Assembly: GCA_028285595.1 (NCBI GenBank)
Contig: JANQOW010000066.1
Location: 89,759-153,758, forward strand
From: Hyphomicrobiales bacterium
Lineage (GTDB): Bacteria > Pseudomonadota > Alphaproteobacteria > Rhizobiales > CAJQND01
DNA length: 64,000 nucleotides
Direction of reading: 5' to 3'
The notes under the pieces were generated by a model, which ran no database searches, was not told where the DNA came from, and saw only the letters and a program-made list of their open reading frames with translations. Positions 38,622 through 49,266 of the stretch are shown here, piece by piece (the stretch's first letter is position 1; the number at the start of each line of letters is the position of its first letter). A program made the translations under genes and the position numbers.

Positions 38622-40035
38622 CTGCCGTCGGCACGTCGAAATTGGAGTAAGACAGACGTCAAGCATTTCGAAGCGTATTCATCCGTGGATTGAGCGGAAC
38701 CTTCGCGCTCGTGGTGGAAAGATCGCTTTGGCAAGCTTAGCGATTGCGCTATCTCGCACGGCGACGATGGTCTTGCCACTCTTTACCATTCCATGGTCAG
38801 TGAACTATCTGGGCAGCGAACGATTTGGCATGTGGATCGCCGCCACGTCCCTGATGCCGCTTTTGGCGTTTTTTGGCGGCGGCGTCGGTAACTCACTTCT
38901 CAATGCAGTCTCGCGTGCTCACGCCCAAGCAGACAATCAGAAACTGAGAGTGGTCGTTGGCACTGCCCTAGCCATGACCATGTTTCTGGCGGCGCTTGTT
39001 CTTACCATCGGCCTCATCGCCGCTTATGCTCTGCCTTGGGGCAACTTGCTTGGCCTTAAATCACCCGTGGCGCTGGCCGAGGTAAGAGCGGTGATTGCGA
39101 CTGTGATCGTAGCAATTGCCCTTGGGTTTCTGACCAATATCGGGACCAAGGTCCGCACGGGATTACAACAGATACCTGCAGTGGCCGCTCTCGAAATCTT
39201 AGGCACGATTGTAGTTCTGCCGGTCTTGCTACTGGCGATCCATCAGCAGATGTCCACAGCATGGTTGGTCGCAGCGGTTGTGCTCGTGCCACTAATTGTA
39301 AAGGGAGCGGGCTATGCGATCTTCTTCATCAACAATCCCGGATTACGCCCAGGAAGCAGTGATATAGACCCACGAGTTGCCCGAGATTTGGCCGCAGGCA
39401 GCGGTATGTTTCTGGTCACGACGATTGCCCATGGAGTGGCCGTCGCCTCCGACAATCTCTTGATTGCTAATATCATCGGCGCGCACGCGGTTTCCGATTA
39501 CTCCATTGTGTTACGCCTGTTCATGATCCCTCTTTTTGTTGCGAGTTTTGTCTATGGCGCACAGTGGCCGGTTTATGCCGAGGCTGCCGCGAAAAACGAA
39601 CTGGCATGGATCAGAAAGACATTTTTTAGAACAATCTCTATCGCGGCTCTCTCAGCGGTCATCATGTCTGCAACGATGTTTTGGTTGGTTGATGAGATTC
39701 TAGTGCTTTGGGTGGGAGACGCGGTCACGCCCAGTCCCCTTCTATGCGCGGCCGCAGCCTTTTATGCGGTCCTTGTCGTCGTCGTGCGTGGCTATCAGAA
39801 TCTGTTTTTTGCCCTGGACGAAAGAAAAACTCAGATACGCCTCAGTGTATTAATGGCCACTGTGAATGTCGCACTGACAATCTATCTGTTGCATAGGGTG
39901 GGCGCGGAAGGCGCTCTCATTGCAACGAATATCTCTTATGTGGTGTGTCTAATACTTCCGTATTCTATACTGTGTTGGATGCGGCTCTCAGCAAAACGCC
40001 CATCCGGAGTTTCGCCATTGGCCCGGCGGCCTTAG
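38545..40035 (+). CDS. wzx: Wzx-type polysaccharide flippase (true start probably after the sqdB stop)
   Basis: YLGSERFGMW, about 12 TMs, DNLLIANIIG..AVSDYSI, G.EGALIAT. Confidence 0.82.
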   Translation: MISLSVTRTAATGAKFLACPIGRNVNCRRHVEIGVRQTSSISKRIHPWIERNLRARGGKIALASLAIALSRTATMVLPLFTIPWSVNYLGSERFGMWIAATSLMPLLAFFGGGVGNSLLNAVSRAHAQADNQKLRVVVGTALAMTMFLAALVLTIGLIAAYALPWGNLLGLKSPVALAEVRAVIATVIVAIALGFLTNIGTKVRTGLQQIPAVAALEILGTIVVLPVLLLAIHQQMSTAWLVAAVVLVPLIVKGAGYAIFFINNPGLRPGSSDIDPRVARDLAAGSGMFLVTTIAHGVAVASDNLLIANIIGAHAVSDYSIVLRLFMIPLFVASFVYGAQWPVYAEAAAKNELAWIRKTFFRTISIAALSAVIMSATMFWLVDEILVLWVGDAVTPSPLLCAAAAFYAVLVVVVRGYQNLFFALDERKTQIRLSVLMATVNVALTIYLLHRVGAEGALIATNISYVVCLILPYSILCWMRLSAKRPSGVSPLARRP

Positions 40036-40063
40036 GTGTCAAGATGTTGGCTAACCGGTTAGT

Positions 40064-41416
40064 ATGACGCGATCGACGTTCAGATCCTCTCGTTGGCAAG
40101 GGCCCCGTCAGGCTTGGCCCCAACATCGTGGCTTTCAAGCCTCGCCCAGGCTACCCGCCTCGACTTACGTGATCACAACCGCGTTCCTCTTGTCTGTTGC
40201 AGGCTACCTAACGTTCGCGCCGCTGTTTCAGTTGCTCACGCCGGGGAGCGCACTGTCTTCTATCCTGTTGCGGGCAGGAGTATTACTCCTGTGCGTCGCA
40301 ATATTAATGTACAGGCATCCCAGCAACTCCCGCACCTTGCTCTTAATCACGCCATTACTTGTTTTCTTGGTGCTCTACACAATAAGGTTAAGCGACAATA
40401 TCATACTGCTCGGTTTGGAATGGAAGGTTCAACCAACGATAGCCTACAGCATGCTAATTGGCGGCGGCCTGATTCCTGCCCTTGTTCTTTCCCAATCGGT
40501 GCATCTCATTGACGAGAGAGCGCTCGTTCGGCTCCAATGGTTGTTCTGCTGTGGCTTCTTGTTATTTTTGGCCTTGAATTGGGATGCAATCCAAGCTGCT
40601 GCAGAATTTCGCAGAGCATCTCTCGAAAAACTGAATGCAATTAGTTTCGCGTGGATCACCACCTACTATGCGATCTTTTTTGCAATTCTCAGAACGAGAA
40701 CGCTTTCGGCGACAGCGGCCCGCTTTGCTCTGGTCTTGGTTCTGTTGGGACTAGCCGCTTATTCTCAAGGGCGTGGACCAGTTATCGGCACGGGCTTCGC
40801 GCTCGTCGTCTATGGACTTTGCATCCGTGGAAAGCATCGCCGATACTTGGTTTACGCGCTGATTGCTTCTACCATTGGGTTCGCGGCCCTCCCCTCGGTG
40901 CTCGGCATCAACCTAATCGATATAGCGCTTGAGCGCTTCTTGTTCGACTCGATCGACCAAGACGCGTCGGCCCAGGGGCGCCTAATGGCTTGGCGAGCTT
41001 CCTGGGCCCAATTTCTGCAAAATCCGTTATTCGGCAACATCGTGTATGAACCGGTTCTTCAAAGGTATCCTCACAACCTCTTTCTCGAATCCCTCATCTC
41101 GCTTGGAATCCTGGGCACCACTGTTCTGGGTATACACCTTTTGATTTCAGTACGCTCAGTTCTGCAACTCTTGAGATCAGAACAAAACACACTTTTGCAT
41201 CGATTTGTGGGGATCTTATTCTTCAAAGAATTGATACAAGTACAATTAAGTGGTGCGATTTGGAGTAATACAGCTTTTTGGATCTTGTCAGCCAGTGCAA
41301 TCGGGCTCGCGGTCCAGCACAGGTACGCTACGCGCCAAGGTTGGACTGCATCGAGAAGGACTGCAACAAGGCAACCCGGAAGTGCCGCAAGACCTTTCTT
41401 GAAACCGAATGTGTAG
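40064..41416 (+). CDS. Wzy polymerase / O-antigen-ligase-family protein
   Basis: About 11 TMs, SQGRGP, GRLMAW...NPLFG, YPHNLFLE. Confidence 0.8.
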   Translation: MTRSTFRSSRWQGPRQAWPQHRGFQASPRLPASTYVITTAFLLSVAGYLTFAPLFQLLTPGSALSSILLRAGVLLLCVAILMYRHPSNSRTLLLITPLLVFLVLYTIRLSDNIILLGLEWKVQPTIAYSMLIGGGLIPALVLSQSVHLIDERALVRLQWLFCCGFLLFLALNWDAIQAAAEFRRASLEKLNAISFAWITTYYAIFFAILRTRTLSATAARFALVLVLLGLAAYSQGRGPVIGTGFALVVYGLCIRGKHRRYLVYALIASTIGFAALPSVLGINLIDIALERFLFDSIDQDASAQGRLMAWRASWAQFLQNPLFGNIVYEPVLQRYPHNLFLESLISLGILGTTVLGIHLLISVRSVLQLLRSEQNTLLHRFVGILFFKELIQVQLSGAIWSNTAFWILSASAIGLAVQHRYATRQGWTASRRTATRQPGSAARPFLKPNV

Positions 41417-42566
41417 CGCCCAAAAGTCGCGAGTTATCGTGGTGCAGCCGACCGTACCCACGTACCGGGTTAGCTTCTTCGATCAAATCAGCGACAAGCT
41501 TGGACCACTGTTCAAAGTTTATGCCTCACGACAGAACATGGGCGTGCTGACAGCCAATCGTACGACCCAAGAATGGGAAGTGCCACTTGGTCAAGTCTTG
41601 CGACTGCTGCCCGGAGTGGAATGGCAATCTGGGGCACTCAGCATTCCGATCCGCCGAGGCGACATCCTGGTTGTTTGGGGGTCCGCGCGGGCACTCACCA
41701 ACATTGCTCTCCTCATAAAATGCCGCCTTAAGGGCGCGAAGACGGTTTGGTGGGGGCACTATTGGTCATCCACGAGCAAGAAATGGACCGCCAACATCCG
41801 CCTCGGGATCATGCGACTGAGCGAGTACCTTTTGTTCTACACTGACTTGGAAGTGGCGGAGTACTTGGCCTCCCGTCGCGACGGCCGCGAGCCAAATGTG
41901 TTCGCTCTGAACAATGGTATCGACACAACCAACATCGTTCACCTGAGAGCTGCATATAAGGCGGAAACCCGGTTACGCCGAGTACTTTTCATTGGACGAC
42001 TGAGCAAAAAAGCAGACCTCAGCACCCTGATACGCTCACTGTCATTGCCGGAATGCAGTGATATCGAACTTGATATCATTGGGGAAGGTGTTGAGGAAAC
42101 GCGGATGCGAGCCCTTGCGCAGGAGTTGGGTCTCGGCCAACGCATAACATGGCACGGAGGTCTGACCGACGAAGCAAGGATCGCTCCAATCGCCAATCAG
42201 TGCCAGGCCTTTGTCTATCCTGGTCCGGTTGGCTTAAGCCTCATTCACGGACTGAGTTATGGCCTTCCGGCAATTGTGCACAATGATCGCTGGAGTAATG
42301 GCCCAGAGATCGCGGCGCACGATGAAGGAACCAACGGGCTGACCTTCACTCGCGGCGATGCGGCGTCCTTGGCAGATTGTATGGCCTCACTGCTCTCCAA
42401 TCCGGAAAGACTGAACGCAATGTCGCGGGCGGCGGTGGAAACTACCCGAGAGAATTTCAATACGGAAAAGATGGCCGAGCGCTTTTGCCACGCAATCACC
42501 ACGATCCAATTAAAGGACGCAGTGCTTGATGGAAAGGACGAACGTGCGTCGGGTGGATCATCATGA
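41409..42566 (+). CDS. GT4 glycosyltransferase
   Basis: NNGID, LFIGRL, IIGEG, GLSLIHGLSYGLP. Confidence 0.88.
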   Translation: MCSAQKSRVIVVQPTVPTYRVSFFDQISDKLGPLFKVYASRQNMGVLTANRTTQEWEVPLGQVLRLLPGVEWQSGALSIPIRRGDILVVWGSARALTNIALLIKCRLKGAKTVWWGHYWSSTSKKWTANIRLGIMRLSEYLLFYTDLEVAEYLASRRDGREPNVFALNNGIDTTNIVHLRAAYKAETRLRRVLFIGRLSKKADLSTLIRSLSLPECSDIELDIIGEGVEETRMRALAQELGLGQRITWHGGLTDEARIAPIANQCQAFVYPGPVGLSLIHGLSYGLPAIVHNDRWSNGPEIAAHDEGTNGLTFTRGDAASLADCMASLLSNPERLNAMSRAAVETTRENFNTEKMAERFCHAITTIQLKDAVLDGKDERASGGSS

Positions 42567-43705
42567 GAGTGGCGATGGTCACGGCCGCGCTTTCCCACGT
42601 GGGCGGAGGGGTGTCCGCCGTTGTGGAGCAACTGTCGCGCGCGGTCGCAGATACGGGCGTCGAAGTTGCTGTTTTTGGGCCTGAAGACGAACAATGGACA
42701 TCTGGCTGCAAGGACGCATGGAACGGTGCAAAAGCATACGCGCTGCCCCGCCTTGGGCCTGCAGCCATCGGCTACATGCCGAGTATGGTAAGCCGTCTCG
42801 TTGAGTGGGCACCTGACGTTGTGCATACGCATGGAATATGGATGCACACATCCCGGTCCGTAATGCAGTGGTCACAATTAGCCGGACGACCGTATCTGGT
42901 TTCGCCACACGGAATGCTATCGTCAACCGCGTTGAAATTCTCCCCGCTCAAGAAGCAGGTGGCAACTCTGTTGTATCAAGCGCAGAGTTTTAAGAGCGCC
43001 ACGGCGCTGCATGCAACGTGCACGGCTGAGATTGAGGAAATTCGGGCTTATGGACTAAAACAGCCGATTGCCCTTTTTGCTAACGGCGTTGAAATCGCTG
43101 CATCAGCGACCAAAACGTCCTCGGAACCAACATTCCGTATCTTGTCTCTTGGTCGCATCCACCCGAAGAAGGGTCTAGATCGTCTCATCAGAGCTTGGGC
43201 TGCGTTAGAGAACGAGTTTCCCAGATGGAGCCTTGATCTCGTCGGTCCTGACGAGAATGGATATAGAGGTAAACTGGAAAACCTCGTGAGGTCCCTGGGT
43301 CTCCAGCGCGTTACAGTTCGTAATCCGGTTTTTGGCCAAGCCAAGCTGGATTGTCTTTCAGGCGCTGAGATATTCGCCCTACCGACCCTCAATGAAAACT
43401 TCGCTCTGACCGTCGCCGAGAGCCTGATGTGCGGAACGCCGGTTATCTCCACCAAAGGCGCCCCGTGGCAGGGCCTCGAAACCAACAAATGTGGCTGGTG
43501 GATCGATCATGGAGAGGCGCCGCTCACGAATGCGTTGCGGAACGCAATGACCTTATCTCCCGAGGAGCGGGCAGACATGGGCCTTCGTGGCCGCAAATGG
43601 ATTGAACAAGCGTACTCTTGGCCAACGATTGCCAGTGAGGCTTGCGCGGTATATCGCTGGCTCGCGTCACCTGGATCTATGCCAAAAAACGTCCAAATAG
43701 ATTAA
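42563..43705 (+). CDS. GT4 glycosyltransferase
   Basis: HTHGIW, SPHGML, LGRIHPKKG, ENFALTVAESL..GTPVI. Confidence 0.92.
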   Translation: MRVAMVTAALSHVGGGVSAVVEQLSRAVADTGVEVAVFGPEDEQWTSGCKDAWNGAKAYALPRLGPAAIGYMPSMVSRLVEWAPDVVHTHGIWMHTSRSVMQWSQLAGRPYLVSPHGMLSSTALKFSPLKKQVATLLYQAQSFKSATALHATCTAEIEEIRAYGLKQPIALFANGVEIAASATKTSSEPTFRILSLGRIHPKKGLDRLIRAWAALENEFPRWSLDLVGPDENGYRGKLENLVRSLGLQRVTVRNPVFGQAKLDCLSGAEIFALPTLNENFALTVAESLMCGTPVISTKGAPWQGLETNKCGWWIDHGEAPLTNALRNAMTLSPEERADMGLRGRKWIEQAYSWPTIASEACAVYRWLASPGSMPKNVQID

Positions 43706-43829
43706 GCCAGGAGACCGGTCCCGCCACTATTGCTGGGAAGGCAATCAACAGCGGCCGAATTTAAAATGCAAGCTGCTGCGATCGCCGCGCACAGCATCAC
43801 ACGTTGCGATTAGGTAGAGAGGGCACCCA

Positions 43830-44702
43830 ATGCTCAATAAAGTGCTCACAAAGATGCGTAAGGATGGGATTGGCGCGACCGTGCAGGCCGCTGTCCACAA
43901 GTCGCGCATGTGGTACAACAAGCCAAGCCTCCAAGTGACATCGACCAGCCTCCGCATCGTCAGACTGGGTAGCAGTTACGGTGGCTGGGACATATTAGAT
44001 GTCCCCTCCAGGCTCAGCGGAGCGAGTGTCGTCACCTGTGGAGCCGGCGAAGACATTACATTCGATGTCGCACTCGCCCAAATCGGCTGCCGCGTTGTGA
44101 TTGTCGATCCCACGCCGCGTGCTGTGAGACACGTAACGGAAGTGCTTTCGCGCGTAGGCGAGGCCTCTGAGGCTTCTCTGGTGAATGGCGGACGCCAAGT
44201 TCCAGAGGCGTACAATCTTTCCGCAATTGAAAGCGGACAGATCACGTTGGTAATAAAAGCGCTGTGGACCGAGGCGGGCACCGTGAAATTCTTTGAGCCC
44301 TGCAATGCGGAAAACGTCTCTCATTCAATTGTGAACATACAGAACGATCAAGATCAAAATCAGATCGACGGTTACATCGAAGTGCCTGCAACAACGCTGG
44401 AAACGTTATTGTCGGACCTAGGTATCGACAGCCTAGAATTGCTGAAGCTGGACATCGAGGGAGCTGAGATTGCGGTTTTGACAGACTTAGCGCGCGGCAA
44501 GCTTCGCCCAACGCAATTGCTCGTGGAGTTCGATGGACTGCTCTACCCGTCCAGCCAAACCACCAACGACGTTCGTCGCGTGGATGCTATTCTTCGCGGC
44601 ATTGGCTATCGATGCTATCATACGGACGGACAGGCAAACTATCTGTACGCCTTGCAAGATCAGGTTGAACGCTTGGAGCAAGAGGCTTTAACACTGTCGT
44701 AA
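43830..44702 (+). CDS. FkbM-family methyltransferase
   Basis: LGSSYGGW, GAGEDITFD, DPTP, LKLDIEGAE, QLLVEF. Confidence 0.88.
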   Translation: MLNKVLTKMRKDGIGATVQAAVHKSRMWYNKPSLQVTSTSLRIVRLGSSYGGWDILDVPSRLSGASVVTCGAGEDITFDVALAQIGCRVVIVDPTPRAVRHVTEVLSRVGEASEASLVNGGRQVPEAYNLSAIESGQITLVIKALWTEAGTVKFFEPCNAENVSHSIVNIQNDQDQNQIDGYIEVPATTLETLLSDLGIDSLELLKLDIEGAEIAVLTDLARGKLRPTQLLVEFDGLLYPSSQTTNDVRRVDAILRGIGYRCYHTDGQANYLYALQDQVERLEQEALTLS

Positions 44703-44771
44703 ACGGAGGACGTTCCTGGCACTCAATGACCTGCAAGCAGCGGCATTCTCAATTCACTTACAAAGACTCCC

Positions 44772-45341
44772 ATGCAACTTGACGTAACAGCCAATCGCGG
44801 AATGCAGAAGTGGACTGCAAGAGAGCAGTTGGGCAGGGTATTCTGGATAATCGGATACCTGGCATTTCGATGCAGCCCGCGTCAGCTATGGGGATGGCGA
44901 AACTCTATTTTGCGTATGTTCGGCGCGAGGATCGGAAAAGAGGTACACATCTATCCAAGCGTCAGGATCACAATTCCATGGAATCTCGACATTGGCGATC
45001 AGGTCGGGATCGGCGACCGTGCCATTCTCTACGCACTGGGCCCCATCACGATAAAGTCGACAGCAACTGTGTCACAAGGTGCGCACCTATGTGCTGGGTC
45101 ACATGATTACCGTGACCCGAGAATGCCGCTTTTAAAGCCGCCTATCGTGATTGGTGAAGGCGCGTGGGTGTGCGCGGACGCGTTTATTGGCCCGGGCGTC
45201 ACGATCGGCTCAAGCGCCATTGTCGGTGCGCGCGCGGTTGCAGTCAAAGATGTGCGTGCCGGTGACATTGTCGGCGGCAACCCCGCCCGCATCATTGGGA
45301 CTCGCGCACCCTCCGATGCAAACCAAACAGAGTCGCGATAA
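44772..45341 (+). CDS. wcaF: WcaF-like hexapeptide-repeat O-acetyltransferase
   Basis: LRMFGARIG, IPWNL.IG, SQGAHLCAGSHD, GGNPA. Confidence 0.88.
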   Translation: MQLDVTANRGMQKWTAREQLGRVFWIIGYLAFRCSPRQLWGWRNSILRMFGARIGKEVHIYPSVRITIPWNLDIGDQVGIGDRAILYALGPITIKSTATVSQGAHLCAGSHDYRDPRMPLLKPPIVIGEGAWVCADAFIGPGVTIGSSAIVGARAVAVKDVRAGDIVGGNPARIIGTRAPSDANQTESR

Positions 45342-45368
45342 GACATCTTCGCTGAGACGGTACCAGCT

Positions 45369-46343
45369 ATGTCAGCGGCCCATATTCACGCAATAATCTT
45401 GACCCTCAACGAAGAGCTACACATCCACCGATGCATCGAAAGCCTCCAGGGTGCATGCGCAACCATTACCGTCGTGGACAGCGGCTCTACCGACCGAACG
45501 GTGGAGATAGCGAAGGCGATGGGTGCAGAGATTCTACACAACAAATGGCTCAACTACGCGACACAGATGAATTTCGGCATTGACGCGTGCGCTGATCGCG
45601 GCGGTTGGCTGCTGAGGATCGACGCGGACGAGATCCTTGACGCCGACAGCCGGGAGACATTGGAGACTGCCGTAGAACGAGCAAGCAATGAGATCGATGG
45701 CCTGCTCGTCCAACGGCGCATCCACTTCCTCGGCCGTCGCATCAAATATGGCGGCATAGAACCAAGCTGGCAGTTGCGACTTTGGCGCAATGGTTCGGGG
45801 CGATGCGAGATCCGTTGGATGGATGAGCACATCAGGGTGGAAGGACGTGTCGAGAAGTCGGCGTTAGTATTTTCCGATATCAATCTGAACTCCCTAACTT
45901 GGTGGACGGACAAGCACAACAGTTATGCCTCACGCGAAGCCATTGATGCCCTGAACAAGACCTTCAAGTTTTTACCTGATGATCGGCTCGATCAGGGCGG
46001 CGCAAGCCCTCAAGCAAAGATAAGGCGTTTATTGAAGAATTCGGTGTACATGAAACTGCCAGGCGGAGTGCGCGCCATGGTGTACTTCCTCTATCGCTAC
46101 TTTTTACGTCTTGGGCTTCTGGATGGGCGACCAGGCTTCTACTTTCATTTGATGCAAGGCCTGTGGTACCGCACGCTTGTCGACGCAAAGATGATGGAGA
46201 TCCTCCAGCATGCCGCAAAACACGACACATCAATCACAGACGCGATCGAGGCGCGGACCGGATTCAATCCGGTCTCTGAGAAGATGAGGTCGGCCGCTTC
46301 AAAGCAAGTTACCGATCAACAGTCTCTGCCGAACCCACAGTAA
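45369..46343 (+). CDS. GT2 glycosyltransferase
   Basis: LTLNEE, VDSGSTD, IDADE, MDEH, KHNSYASREA, QGLWYR. Confidence 0.9.
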   Translation: MSAAHIHAIILTLNEELHIHRCIESLQGACATITVVDSGSTDRTVEIAKAMGAEILHNKWLNYATQMNFGIDACADRGGWLLRIDADEILDADSRETLETAVERASNEIDGLLVQRRIHFLGRRIKYGGIEPSWQLRLWRNGSGRCEIRWMDEHIRVEGRVEKSALVFSDINLNSLTWWTDKHNSYASREAIDALNKTFKFLPDDRLDQGGASPQAKIRRLLKNSVYMKLPGGVRAMVYFLYRYFLRLGLLDGRPGFYFHLMQGLWYRTLVDAKMMEILQHAAKHDTSITDAIEARTGFNPVSEKMRSAASKQVTDQQSLPNPQ

Positions 46344-46384
46344 TCAGACCGAACAACCATTAGCGAACACGTCCGCTAGATTCA

Positions 46385-47038
46385 ATGGACAAGTTCGCGT
46401 TCCCGAGAAATCTCAAAATGAGCGAAATACAAAACCTCGAGTACAATTACGATTCCGGTGAACTCAATCCATCGCATAGCTATCTATTGCCCGCGGTTGA
46501 ACGAATTGTGGTTGAAAGAAACCCGTCTCGCATCTTTGATCTGGGGTGCGGCAACGGGAGCACTGCGAGCGTGCTGACCAAACATGCTCCGGTTGATGGG
46601 GTCGATATCTCGGTGTCTGCGATCGCCCACGCCAATAAGACCTATCCGGAACTAAAGCTCGATCAAAGATCAGTGTACGAGGATCTTTCAGGGGAATATG
46701 GACAGTACCCGATGGTCGTTAGTCTGGAAGTTGTCGAACATCTCTATGATCCGCGCACCTATGCCCACAACATGTTCAGTTTGGTGGCGCCGGGCGGAGT
46801 GGCCGTGGTCTCAACCCCTTACCACGGATACATAAAGAACGTCGCGCTGGCCGTCTCAGGCAAGCTCGATAATCATTTCACTGCTTTGTGGGACGGGGGC
46901 CACATCAAGTTCTGGTCCATGAAAACGCTGAGCACACTGCTCGAGGAAGCCGGCTTCAAAGATATCGAGTTTCTGAGGGTCGGCCGGATTCCAGCCCTAG
47001 CAAAATCAATGATTGCAATCGCCCACAGAAGTGTCTGA
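46385..47038 (+). CDS. Class I SAM-dependent methyltransferase
   Basis: DLGCGNG, SLEVVEHLYDP, STPYHGY, LWDGGHIKFW. Confidence 0.9.
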   Translation: MDKFAFPRNLKMSEIQNLEYNYDSGELNPSHSYLLPAVERIVVERNPSRIFDLGCGNGSTASVLTKHAPVDGVDISVSAIAHANKTYPELKLDQRSVYEDLSGEYGQYPMVVSLEVVEHLYDPRTYAHNMFSLVAPGGVAVVSTPYHGYIKNVALAVSGKLDNHFTALWDGGHIKFWSMKTLSTLLEEAGFKDIEFLRVGRIPALAKSMIAIAHRSV

Positions 47039-47074
47039 AACACCTGTTCGGAAGTGTAAAATGGAACCTGAGCT

Positions 47075-48019
47075 TTGAACAAGATCACGCCCAAGCTGGT
47101 CTTTATCACGGGCCCTGGTCGGTCAGGGTCGACCATGTTGGATCTGATGTTGGGCGGGTCACCTTTTGTCACATCATTGGGCGAAGTTCATCGCCTCAAC
47201 AGCGACGCAATCCTGAACACAGCGCCCTGCACCTGCGGGCAGCCGATACTGTCCTGCCCATTCTGGAACGAGGTTGAAGAGCACGTTATCGCGAACCAAA
47301 GCGGCAGCGTTACCGGTCGTCCACTTGAAAATATGGACATGATGATCCGCAAGGACGACTGCAGAGGACTTTGCAACGCATTGGAGCGCATTGTTCTACT
47401 CCTAGGAAGCCAGTGGATCTACGAACAGTGGCACAGACTGCTTGCACCCGCTGGACACAAGCAAGCTCTGGTCAACAGCTTCATTTGGTATGACGCCGTT
47501 CGGGAGACTTCGGGTCGCCCGGTGGTCGTCGATTCCAGCAAGGACGCACGACGGCTCGGTTTGCTGTATCGCCATGCCCAGATGACGGGTGCGGATATCC
47601 GCCTTGTGTTTCTCGTCCGCGACGGACGGGGCGTCGCAGCGTCAGCTATGCGGCGCGAAGGCATTCCAATGGCTACCGCGGCGAAGCAATGGGCACAGGT
47701 GGTGCGCAAAACCCAGCTGACCCTTAAGTCAATCGGTACCGACAATTATCTGACGGTAAAATACGAAGACCTTTGCACCGACACCCAGAATGAACTGGAG
47801 CGAATCTGTGCGCATCTTGGAATTCCTTACAATCCGCAAATGCAGGTTTTAGACAAATCGAATGCGCACATCATCGGCGGCAACCCAATGCGCTTTCGCA
47901 AAGCAGAAACAGTGATCAAACGCGATGAAGGGTGGCGGAAGCACCTCTCGGCGAACGAGCTTAGAGAGTTCAAGGATATCGCGGGGACTGAAGCTACCCT
48001 GCTCGGCTACACTGTCTGA
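47075..48019 (+). CDS. PAPS-dependent sulfotransferase
   Basis: GPGRSGSTML (5'-PSB), DSSK, LVRDGRGVAAS (3'-PB), KYEDL, GNPMRF. Confidence 0.9.
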   Translation: MNKITPKLVFITGPGRSGSTMLDLMLGGSPFVTSLGEVHRLNSDAILNTAPCTCGQPILSCPFWNEVEEHVIANQSGSVTGRPLENMDMMIRKDDCRGLCNALERIVLLLGSQWIYEQWHRLLAPAGHKQALVNSFIWYDAVRETSGRPVVVDSSKDARRLGLLYRHAQMTGADIRLVFLVRDGRGVAASAMRREGIPMATAAKQWAQVVRKTQLTLKSIGTDNYLTVKYEDLCTDTQNELERICAHLGIPYNPQMQVLDKSNAHIIGGNPMRFRKAETVIKRDEGWRKHLSANELREFKDIAGTEATLLGYTV

Positions 48020-48025
48020 GTTTTA

Positions 48026-49189
48026 GTGAATGAGCTTCGCACCAAAGCATATCAACGTCAGGGATTTGTATCCTTAGGGGAACCGTGCGCCATGAAGAGA
48101 ACGGAGTTCGCGATTACATATTCCATCAAGAACGAGGCTCAGCTTCTCCCACAAGTGATTGCAGTGGCTCGGGCGCTCGGCTGTGCACGGATCTACATCT
48201 TCTTCGACGGCACGACGGACAGCTCCAGAGAAATCGCTTCAAGCTTTGAAGAAATCGTTTGCTTCGACAGCATCACACCGGAGCAGATTGATAACCGGCC
48301 CGCTTGGATTGATCGGATCAGTCCTCGTTGGAACGAAAACATGGACGTGAGAAAACGCATCAGCACCTACTTCGCTGCGAACCATGCCGCCCGCGACGGT
48401 ATTGAGTGGTTGCTGTGTATCGATCCTGACGAAGTTATGGTGCCGTCATTGACCGATCCGCTGACAAAAGAAAGCGTTCGCAATTTTCTGGACCGCGTTC
48501 CGCACGATTGCAATCAGGTCCTCTTGAAAAATCACGAAGTTATCCCCCGCACACCACGCGTATCAAATCCGTTTGCCGAGTGTACCTCGTTCCATAATCG
48601 TTTCCCATTGACTGACCAAGTCTGGCGATACGCCAGAACTCTGTTCAATTCCGTTGTGAGTGATTCCAAATTGCGTGGTTGGTTGAGCTATTACATCTAC
48701 AATGCGAGGTTTGGGGGAGCGTATCCTCGCATGATGCACGATCCTCTGACCGGCCATTCAATTCCATCGGGATACTATCTGGGCTATTGGAACCACAAAT
48801 CGCTTGTGCGGACATCAGCAGCGCGCGATCTGATTTTTGACGTCCATCAGTGGCGCGCTAATCCAGGTGGGAGTCTGAAGTCGTGTACGGCGGGATCACT
48901 GTTGCACTACTTTCTATACGATGTTGATTCGGTGCGGGCGAAGTTCAAAGGCAAGCCCCGCCTCCACAGCTATACTGGTCATCACTACCATCGCGCTGAA
49001 CTCGCCCGCATAGCACGAGAGTATTCCGCTGAAGATTTTGAGACATTCTTCCGCAATTGCATCGCACTCGAGGACGATGCGCTGGCTAATGATCTTAAAA
49101 GGCGTGGCATCATGCTGACTGTGGACAATGTTTCGCGTCTTTGCGCCGAAAGTTCGCAAGCGGACAATAAAGAAGCTATGCCGGTTTGA
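48026..49189 (+). CDS. GT2-like (Glyco_tranf_2_4 type) glycosyltransferase; likely start ATG 48092
   Basis: IKNEA, IYIFFD, WLLCIDPDE, KSLVR, LLHY. Confidence 0.75.
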   Translation: MNELRTKAYQRQGFVSLGEPCAMKRTEFAITYSIKNEAQLLPQVIAVARALGCARIYIFFDGTTDSSREIASSFEEIVCFDSITPEQIDNRPAWIDRISPRWNENMDVRKRISTYFAANHAARDGIEWLLCIDPDEVMVPSLTDPLTKESVRNFLDRVPHDCNQVLLKNHEVIPRTPRVSNPFAECTSFHNRFPLTDQVWRYARTLFNSVVSDSKLRGWLSYYIYNARFGGAYPRMMHDPLTGHSIPSGYYLGYWNHKSLVRTSAARDLIFDVHQWRANPGGSLKSCTAGSLLHYFLYDVDSVRAKFKGKPRLHSYTGHHYHRAELARIAREYSAEDFETFFRNCIALEDDALANDLKRRGIMLTVDNVSRLCAESSQADNKEAMPV

Positions 49190-49266
49190 CCTTCCAGTAA
49201 GTTCTCGTCCAAAAGGAGTAGTCCATCCCCCACCCTAAGTTTGCTCCTCGCGTCGCCGCAAGTTGC

